From a virus (lineage: Duplodnaviria; Caudoviricetes), in the IMG/VR virus record IMGVR_UViG_3300005253_000221, positions 1 through 50,906 of that record: 50,906 nt of DNA, one strand, 5' to 3'. Shown one piece after another: positions 44,140 through 50,906 of the stretch; positions within the stretch are counted from its first letter, which is position 1, and the number at the start of each line of letters is the position of its first letter. Below the pieces are notes generated by a model. It had not been told where the DNA came from. It was given only the letters and a program-made list of their open reading frames with translations, and ran no database searches. The position numbers and the translations under genes are program-made.

Positions 44140-45913
44140 GAGAGCAGAGAATGACCCTGGCCTTCAGAAAGACTGGCTGTACGCATGTTCGCAGTCTAAG
44201 ATCCTATGGATAAACTCCTTTGTGTGGACATACCATCAATGGGACGTTGAACCGTTAACCGGTCAGCGTTCGCAGGCTAAGGTTCAGCACGCACCGTTCA
44301 TAACCTGGTGCGTGCAGGATGAAGCGGTAAAAACGCTAGATTGGTGCCTCGAGAATGGCGAGGACATACTGATTAATAAGTCTCGTGATATGGGTGCCAG
44401 CTGGATATGTCTTGCGTATATACACTGGCATTGGTTGTTCACCCCAGAGGCTCAGTTGTTGGAAATGTCACGTACCAAGGACTACGTGGACAAGACCGGC
44501 AACATGAAGGCACTGTTTCAGAAGCATGACTACATAAATAGGTGGTTGCCCTGGTGGATGCTCCCAGAGGGTTGTCATGTCGGTGGGAAATATCGACAGA
44601 ATATGCACCTGTACAATGAGTTAAACGGGGCATGTATCGATGGAGAATCAACTACAAAACATGCTGCTTCTGGTGACCGTCGTCATATTATTTTGCTCGA
44701 CGAGTTCGCCAAAGTAGAACATGGGGCAGAGATGCGATCAGCAACCCGTGATGCAGGGCTACTGCGCATCGTGAATTCAACCGTAGCCGGGCCTGGAACT
44801 GAGTATTCAAAATGGAAGGGTTCGGGACAGATAAAGGTGTACCCGCTCATGTGGTGGGATCACCCCGAGAAAGGGGCCGGGCGCTATGTCGAGAAGGAAG
44901 AAGTCACCGACAAGTGGAAGATTCGGTCACCCTGGTACAATCATGAGGAGAGTGTCCGCTCACCGATTGAAATGGCCCGAGAAGTGGACGCTGATGACGC
45001 TGGAAGTGGGGATCTATTCTTTTCTCCCGCCAGTATTGACGTGCACGCCGCCTTATTCGCTAAACCAGCTAGGATGTCGCTCGATATAACTCTGAATAAG
45101 TCAGTCGCTTCTTCAGTGATACCATCATTACTTCGCACACGCAGTCGCAAGAACCTTAAAATACGTAGAATTAGAAAAGGAAAATTGCGGCTGTGGTGCG
45201 AACTTATTGGAGGGCGCCCAGATCAGAACTTCTCCTATACATGCGGGATCGACGTATCTAAGGGACACGGGGCGTCTAACTCTGTAGTCTCCATCAAGTG
45301 TAACGAGACTGGAGAAAAGATCGGAGAGTGGGCGTGCGCGCTCACTGTGCCACATGAATTGGCGAGAGTTGTGATCGCCCTGGCCCTATGGGTCGGTGGA
45401 AGGGACCGGTGCAACTTGCCGTTTCTCATCTGGGAGAAAAATGGGCCTGGCCTCGACTTTGGTCGGCGGGTAGTGAAGGAGTTCCACTACCCGAAGTACT
45501 ATAAGAACATACCAATAGGCAAGACGCATGACGTTAAATCCGACTCTTATGGTTGGCAGAATACACGCGATGCGAAGGAAGAGCTGCTGACCAGATACGA
45601 TGCGGCTATTACTCACGGCACGTTCGTCAACCGATCCATCGAGAGTCTAAATGAGGCCCGGCTATATGTGCGGTACGATGGCGGTGGTATAGGGCCAGGC
45701 GAATTGGTGGAAGAGAGTGAATCAGCGAAGAAGACGCACGGTGACCGTGTCATGGCCGACGCTATGACACTGCTGAGCAAGAGGCAGCCTCGTAGAAAGA
45801 AGGAGCACGATATGCAGATGGGCAGTCCTGCTCATCGACGTAAACTCGCACGTGCCAAGAAAAGTCGTGGCGGTGCTGATAAACCAGTGGACGGATGGAG
45901 GCATAAGTTATGA
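43997..45913 (+). CDS. terL: Terminase large subunit
   Basis: KSRDMGASW Walker A, ILLDEFA Walker B, NST coupling motif, nuclease GIDVSKG, WEKNGPG and HGDRVMA. Confidence 0.93.
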   Translation: MLTLEEKIKPVLRAPFPNVCEIWRCEETGIEVPKDPIKNLEFRQDLLERAENDPGLQKDWLYACSQSKILWINSFVWTYHQWDVEPLTGQRSQAKVQHAPFITWCVQDEAVKTLDWCLENGEDILINKSRDMGASWICLAYIHWHWLFTPEAQLLEMSRTKDYVDKTGNMKALFQKHDYINRWLPWWMLPEGCHVGGKYRQNMHLYNELNGACIDGESTTKHAASGDRRHIILLDEFAKVEHGAEMRSATRDAGLLRIVNSTVAGPGTEYSKWKGSGQIKVYPLMWWDHPEKGAGRYVEKEEVTDKWKIRSPWYNHEESVRSPIEMAREVDADDAGSGDLFFSPASIDVHAALFAKPARMSLDITLNKSVASSVIPSLLRTRSRKNLKIRRIRKGKLRLWCELIGGRPDQNFSYTCGIDVSKGHGASNSVVSIKCNETGEKIGEWACALTVPHELARVVIALALWVGGRDRCNLPFLIWEKNGPGLDFGRRVVKEFHYPKYYKNIPIGKTHDVKSDSYGWQNTRDAKEELLTRYDAAITHGTFVNRSIESLNEARLYVRYDGGGIGPGELVEESESAKKTHGDRVMADAMTLLSKRQPRRKKEHDMQMGSPAHRRKLARAKKSRGGADKPVDGWRHKL

Positions 45914-46554
45914 AGGAAGTACTGGGGCATGTCGCGGCGTGGATGTGCGTTTTGCTGGTGATTTTTAGTGCGCCGTTTGTAATATCAGAGTTCGCGCCAT
46001 CCACGCGTAGCATACAAGAGTGTGTAGAGTCCACAGTGACTGTGCACATAGGTGAGTTCGGACATGGGTCTGGCGTTTATATATCGCCCAATTGCATACT
46101 CACTGCGGGACATGTAGCTGACAATGATGAAAGCCTGTCGGTGGAGTTGAATGACGGCACGATACTCGAAGTTAAGCAGGTGTTACTCGACTCAGATGAC
46201 GACTTGTGCTTCCTTTACACAGAGGAGTCGTCAGATATGTGGATTCCAATGGGGTCTATTGAAGATGTGAGCGTAGGCGACGAGGTTTACCTCATAGGCA
46301 CACCCCTCACAAAGAAGCTGCGTCTGTCTGTTACGAAGGGGGTACTGTCACATAATGACAGGTTCGAGTTTGAATACTGGAAAGACGTATTTCAGGTGGA
46401 CGCATATGCAGCACTTGGTAACAGCGGCGGGCCGCTGATATTCAAAGGAAAACTGGTGGGGATCTGCGTTGGTCTTGTGGGCTCACGCGCGGGATCGGGT
46501 CTCATCCTATGTGAACCGGTCGATGACATAGACCCCTGGTTAAGGAGCAAATAA
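45910..46554 (+). CDS. Trypsin-like serine protease with N-terminal membrane anchor or signal
   Basis: GSGV, TAGHV (His), DDDL (Asp), GNSGGP (Ser); hydrophobic N-terminus. Confidence 0.9.
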   Translation: MKEVLGHVAAWMCVLLVIFSAPFVISEFAPSTRSIQECVESTVTVHIGEFGHGSGVYISPNCILTAGHVADNDESLSVELNDGTILEVKQVLLDSDDDLCFLYTEESSDMWIPMGSIEDVSVGDEVYLIGTPLTKKLRLSVTKGVLSHNDRFEFEYWKDVFQVDAYAALGNSGGPLIFKGKLVGICVGLVGSRAGSGLILCEPVDDIDPWLRSK

Positions 46555-46555
46555 C

Positions 46556-48337
46556 ATGAAGCGAATCACCCCGGAGACACTTTCTGAAGCGGCCAAGATG
46601 GGGATGCAGCGGGTACAGGTTCACCGGAAGAATAGAGCTATGCTGATTCGTGCCTACGTTGGGCAGTACTTTGCAGAGCGCGAGGGCCTGTCGGGTAAGT
46701 ATCCAATCAATCTGGTGTACAACGCAATTCGTTCTATAATACCGCAGTACGTCATGAAGAATCCTGTGACCGAAGTGTCTTCGGACATTGTCGACTACTC
46801 AGACTACGCCTTCCTACTGGGTAAGGCACTGGACCAGAACAACAAGCGGACAAAGAAGATGCATACACTACGGGTCGGGCTGGTCGACGCCATGTTCGGC
46901 CTGGCTATTTTCAAGACGTCGCTGTGTGCCTCCGGCTCTACTGTAAAGAACGGTGACAGGCGGGTAGATAACGGCGTCATCTTTACTGACAACGTCAGCT
47001 TGGACGACTTCGTCCCTGACCCCGATTGTCGGTCGTTCGATAAGGCTACGTTTCTCGGTGACCGCGTCCGAGTGGCACGGCAAGACCTGTTGGATAACGA
47101 GTCCTTCGATCATGACGCAATCGTTAGCCTTCCCCGGTCGTCTCCCCCGCAGAGTCACATGAGCGCGGAGAAGTTGAGCAAGCTGGGCGTCAATCGCAAT
47201 GTGGTCGAGGACATGCAAGACTTCGTGGACATTATCTACCTTTACGTGCCAGCTGCCGATGCCATTGTTGTGATACCTGATCCCTATATACAGGTGCTAC
47301 CAGACTTCCTAGCGGTCCACGATTACTACGGCCCGAAGGACGGGCCATACACATTCATGGCCATGTCACAACCTGTACCAGACAATCCGTTCCCGGTCGC
47401 GCCTGCGGCTATGTGGTACGACCTGAACGAGATGGCCAACCAGATGATGCGTAAGCTAATGGAGCAGGGCGCGCGACAGAAGTCCATCGGCGTCTATGAC
47501 CCAACCATGGCCGACGAGGTCGAGGACATACGGCAGGCCGAGGATGGTACCCTGGTACAGGGAGACCCCAAAAGCATCAGTGTTCTAACTTTCGGAGGGC
47601 AGAATCGTGACAGCGAGCAGTTCGTACAATCTCTGAGTACCTGGTTCAACTACATGGCGGGGAACCCTGACCAGCTTGCAGGACTGTCCCAGAACGCCAA
47701 GACGGCCACCCAATCTCAAATCCTGGCGTCTAATGCCTCTGTTGGTCTCGAAGACGGGAAGTACGTGCTATACGAAACCGCCAGTGAGCTGAGCCGCAAA
47801 GAGTCGTGGTACATGATTCACGACCCACTGATTAACATACCGATTCCTCATCGCAGGCAGGACGGCAGCACTATCCAATTACATCTCACACCCGACCAGC
47901 GACAGGGAAATCCTGAGTCATATATTTACAAGATCAAGTCCAGGTCCATGGAAGTGCGGGACCCCAACCTGATGTCGAAACTCATGATGGAGTTTGTGAA
48001 GTCAGCGCTTCCAGCCATTGCGCAAACGGCACAGGTGCTGTTCCAGATGGGGATACAGTTCAACGCTCAGCGGGCCATAAGTGACTCGGCCAGGCAAATG
48101 GGAATCATGGATGAGGTTCACGATTGGTTCAATGACCCGGAGTTCCAACAACGCATGAACCTCATGCAGATGATGGGTCCACAGGGTCCAGTTAAAGCCG
48201 GGGTTAACAGCATGGGCGCCATACAACAGAACGGTGGGCCAGCTAACGTAAGCCAGAAGGGTGTGACCAGTCCCATGCAAGATCAGAAGGCAAACGAGCA
48301 AGAAACTGCTAATCTAGGACAGATGGGAGGATACTAA
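46556..48337 (+). CDS. Portal protein
   Basis: 593 aa after TerL; PINLVY, DFVPDPD, TATQSQI and a Gln/Met-rich tail, as in P22/T7-like portals. Confidence 0.85.
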   Translation: MKRITPETLSEAAKMGMQRVQVHRKNRAMLIRAYVGQYFAEREGLSGKYPINLVYNAIRSIIPQYVMKNPVTEVSSDIVDYSDYAFLLGKALDQNNKRTKKMHTLRVGLVDAMFGLAIFKTSLCASGSTVKNGDRRVDNGVIFTDNVSLDDFVPDPDCRSFDKATFLGDRVRVARQDLLDNESFDHDAIVSLPRSSPPQSHMSAEKLSKLGVNRNVVEDMQDFVDIIYLYVPAADAIVVIPDPYIQVLPDFLAVHDYYGPKDGPYTFMAMSQPVPDNPFPVAPAAMWYDLNEMANQMMRKLMEQGARQKSIGVYDPTMADEVEDIRQAEDGTLVQGDPKSISVLTFGGQNRDSEQFVQSLSTWFNYMAGNPDQLAGLSQNAKTATQSQILASNASVGLEDGKYVLYETASELSRKESWYMIHDPLINIPIPHRRQDGSTIQLHLTPDQRQGNPESYIYKIKSRSMEVRDPNLMSKLMMEFVKSALPAIAQTAQVLFQMGIQFNAQRAISDSARQMGIMDEVHDWFNDPEFQQRMNLMQMMGPQGPVKAGVNSMGAIQQNGGPANVSQKGVTSPMQDQKANEQETANLGQMGGY

Positions 48338-48663
48338 TGCCACACAACAAAGCGGCTGCATCAGTGAAAGCATATGAGGAAAGCAAGAAAGGAAAGTATG
48401 CCAAGTCTCATGAGTATTTGGCTAAGGCCAAACGAATAGCTACAGCGAGTGCCAAAGTCAAGAAAGCGAGGGCCGCACAGAAAGCTGCGCAAGCCAAGTT
48501 GAGCCCGAGGCAGAGCCTGCTGCAAAAAGTCGGCAAGTCTCTTTCCAAGTTCAGGAAATCAATGAGCGGCGATAGTGCAAGTACTAAGAAAACGAAGTCG
48601 GGTTTGAAAGCCGCTGGTGTGCGCAAAAGCGAGACCAGAAAATTAAGAGGAAAGGGTTACTGA
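48337..48663 (+). CDS. Highly basic Lys/Ala-rich protein
   Basis: 108 aa, translationally coupled to the portal gene. Confidence 0.6.
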   Translation: MPHNKAAASVKAYEESKKGKYAKSHEYLAKAKRIATASAKVKKARAAQKAAQAKLSPRQSLLQKVGKSLSKFRKSMSGDSASTKKTKSGLKAAGVRKSETRKLRGKGY

Positions 48664-48920
48664 TGGACGCTGTAAAAAGAAGCCAAAGGTATTCATTCCG
48701 GGTTCATGCGGACTCGTATCACAAAGACATTCACTCAGACGCACTGGCGATTCACTCGTCCCAGAGAGAGGAGCATGAGCGCCTGTACCCCGACATCAAG
48801 ATTGATGAGAAGAACAGGCCAGTATTCGACAACTTCAAAAAACATGACAAGTATCTGGACGACACGGGGCATGTAAAGAATCGCGCCCCCAACCAGCCGA
48901 GAACCGTGAGAGCCACTTAA
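48663..48920 (+). CDS. Hypothetical head-module protein
   Basis: 85 aa, IHSDALAIHSSQ...RPVF. Confidence 0.6.
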   Translation: MDAVKRSQRYSFRVHADSYHKDIHSDALAIHSSQREEHERLYPDIKIDEKNRPVFDNFKKHDKYLDDTGHVKNRAPNQPRTVRAT

Positions 48921-48947
48921 CCTACCCCCGGGATACCGGGCAGCTTA

Positions 48948-50111
48948 ATGGAGAACACAATGAGTAACGAGCAAGAGATTCCCCTGCGCCAAACGGATGA
49001 GGCGGAACTACACAGCGACGACCTTCTCGCCAAGGTAGCAGCAAGCCTAAGAGAAGCCGGAGCTGGTGACCCGACAGATGTGCCGAAGCCTGATGAGAGC
49101 CAAGACCAGGACGACGCGCTGGATTACGCGGATGCTGACGAAGACGCTAATCTGGAGGCGGACACTGAGGAAGCTGATGATGGTGAAGGTGACCCTACCT
49201 CGGGTGACGACGAAGGTGTAGATCAAGATGATGACACGGACGAGGAGAAGGACGCCAGAAAAGGCAAGGATTCACCCGGCATTCCCGATGCGTACATGCG
49301 CAGTGCGGTGGGTGTGGGGTGGACGCCAGAAGCTGTAGACAAGATGGTCAAAGACCTTGGTCACGAACATGTAATGACCATGCTACAGAATCTTCATCAG
49401 AAGAATAACGAGTTGACTAACACGTTTTCTTCACTAGGTCGAAAAGCACAGGAGCTTGACCAAGGTCCCCCGCGGGTTGGGCCATCGGACTCTGCGCCAG
49501 TGACCTCACATCCTGGACCAAACATCCAGGCCCTCAAGCAGCAGTATGGCGACGATCACGAACTCATCCAATTCTATGAAGTACAGCAGAAGCAGATGAA
49601 TGCCATGCAGCAGAAGCAGCAAGAGACCAGTGACGCACTGGTCCGCACTAACACCCAGGTAGAACAGCATAGGCTGTCGCAGATAGATGAAACCAGGAAA
49701 ATTGTAGGTGGGTTCTTCTCAGCTGACGGCCTTAAACAATTCGGTGGATTCTATGGTAAAGTAGACGGGGACACTGGAGCATGGACCTCCCTGTCTGATC
49801 AGCAGATGCGCAACCGTGATAGTGTGTGTCAACTGGCCGATGAGATTAGGGTCGGTGCGCAGATGCACGGGTCAGCGATGAGTCTCCCCGAAGCTATGGA
49901 GAGAGCACATCTGGTTGTTAGTGAACCAATCTCCGCTTCTATTATCAGACAGGACATAATGAAGACAGCGGAGAAACGCCATAAGAGTCGGGTGGTCAGA
50001 CCGTCTGACGGGAAGAAACCTAAAGCGCCCGTTAACACTGGAAGGCCGACTACGCGCAAAGAACTAGAGGCGAGAACGAAAGACCGTCTTGCCAATATAT
50101 TTGGGAGTTAA
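48948..50111 (+). CDS. Capsid scaffolding protein
   Basis: Very acidic N-terminus, coiled coil and basic C-terminus, immediately before the capsid gene. Confidence 0.75.
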   Translation: MENTMSNEQEIPLRQTDEAELHSDDLLAKVAASLREAGAGDPTDVPKPDESQDQDDALDYADADEDANLEADTEEADDGEGDPTSGDDEGVDQDDDTDEEKDARKGKDSPGIPDAYMRSAVGVGWTPEAVDKMVKDLGHEHVMTMLQNLHQKNNELTNTFSSLGRKAQELDQGPPRVGPSDSAPVTSHPGPNIQALKQQYGDDHELIQFYEVQQKQMNAMQQKQQETSDALVRTNTQVEQHRLSQIDETRKIVGGFFSADGLKQFGGFYGKVDGDTGAWTSLSDQQMRNRDSVCQLADEIRVGAQMHGSAMSLPEAMERAHLVVSEPISASIIRQDIMKTAEKRHKSRVVRPSDGKKPKAPVNTGRPTTRKELEARTKDRLANIFGS

Positions 50112-50114
50112 ATT

Positions 50115-50906
50115 ATGGGAGTTAAAAACTCTGCCTTAACCGACCTTATCGCAACCACGCTCGAAGACTTGCCCAAGCAAGAGTTCGAGGTAATGTGGGA
50201 CAACACCGAGTATGAGTTCTGCAGGATTTACCAGAAGGAGCGCACGGAGATCGACGGCGGCACAGCCATCAGCCGCAGAGTCATGCTCGACAATACCGGT
50301 GCTGCTAAGTACCGTCGCCTGTACGACGTTGACGAGCCTACTGTCAGCGACGTTATGGACACCATCACCGTGCCCTGGACTCAGATCGGTACGGACTATA
50401 GCTGGGAGAAGCTGGAGATCCTGCGCAATGCAAACAGCGCAGCTGGCTTTGTTGACCTGCTCGACACTCGTCGGATCGACGGCCTCTGGTCGCTCGCCAA
50501 TCTGATCGAAGAGAGAGCATGGAAAACGCCCACGAATTCAGGCGATGACTTGTATCCTTACGGGGTACCTTATTACTTGAATTACCTGAACGCAGACATC
50601 ACCGCGTCCGGTTTCAGCGGCCAAACTATTCGTTTTCAAGACGCGACGACCGGTACGGTTTGTGCGGGCCTTGACGCCAGTACGAACCCCAAGTGGCGTA
50701 ACTATGCGGCCACTTACGTGGACGTTGACGCAGCTATGATCGACACGTTCCGCGAGGCGTTCATGCGCACGAATTTCAAGGTGCCCCTGAACGTCAAGGA
50801 CCCCAGCAAGAACGCCTCTAGCGCCAAGCGGTTCTACGGTGGATACGACGTTCTTACCAAGTTAATGCGACTGGCTGACGCAAAGGACGATAATCACAGT
50901 GGTCGA
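50115..50906 (+). CDS. Major capsid protein, N-terminal part (continues across the circular junction into 1..318)
   Basis: Open frame from ATG 50115 (MGVKNSALTDLIATTLEDLPKQEFEV...) to the window end, 264 codons with no stop. It follows the scaffold gene and joins in frame with 1..318 via the GGTCGA overlap, giving about 367 aa. Absent from the ORF track because it has no stop inside the window. Confidence 0.85.
   Translation, partial: MGVKNSALTDLIATTLEDLPKQEFEVMWDNTEYEFCRIYQKERTEIDGGTAISRRVMLDNTGAAKYRRLYDVDEPTVSDVMDTITVPWTQIGTDYSWEKLEILRNANSAAGFVDLLDTRRIDGLWSLANLIEERAWKTPTNSGDDLYPYGVPYYLNYLNADITASGFSGQTIRFQDATTGTVCAGLDASTNPKWRNYAATYVDVDAAMIDTFREAFMRTNFKVPLNVKDPSKNASSAKRFYGGYDVLTKLMRLADAKDDNHSGR

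Noticed and set aside
1-50906. Stop-codon reassignment or prophage state
   Set aside because: Genes are intact in the standard code, there is no suppressor tRNA, and no integrase or host flanks are seen.

Overview
The window looks like a complete, circularly permuted ~50.9 kb tailed dsDNA phage genome with podovirus-like architecture. The last 6 nt (GGTCGA) repeat the first 6, and the major capsid ORF runs in frame across the junction. The + strand (about 36.7 kb to the end, then 1 to 13.4 kb) carries small middle genes, an RNA ligase, GroES, a tRNA cluster, terminase, portal, scaffold, capsid, tail and ejection genes, and a holin-like gene. The - strand (36.4 to 13.4 kb) carries early genes, a PAPS-reductase-like protein, RecG, nucleotide-metabolism genes, a family A DNA polymerase, a PD-(D/E)XK nuclease, a Sak4-like ATPase, an SSB-like protein and a Toprim-SF3 primase-helicase. 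I see no integrase, endolysin, CRISPR array or reverse transcriptase. The most unusual content is non-coding. Two anticodon-less tRNA mimics sit among four real tRNAs downstream of the RNA ligase. Three long-stem multi-junction RNAs lie in the early transcript, and a structured leader sits behind a duplicated phage-type promoter. There is also a ~370 bp imperfect palindrome (candidate origin) and paralogous micro-ORFs missed by the ORF track. All protein calls come from recognising motifs by eye and no database searches were run. A Planctomycetota host is only a weak inference.
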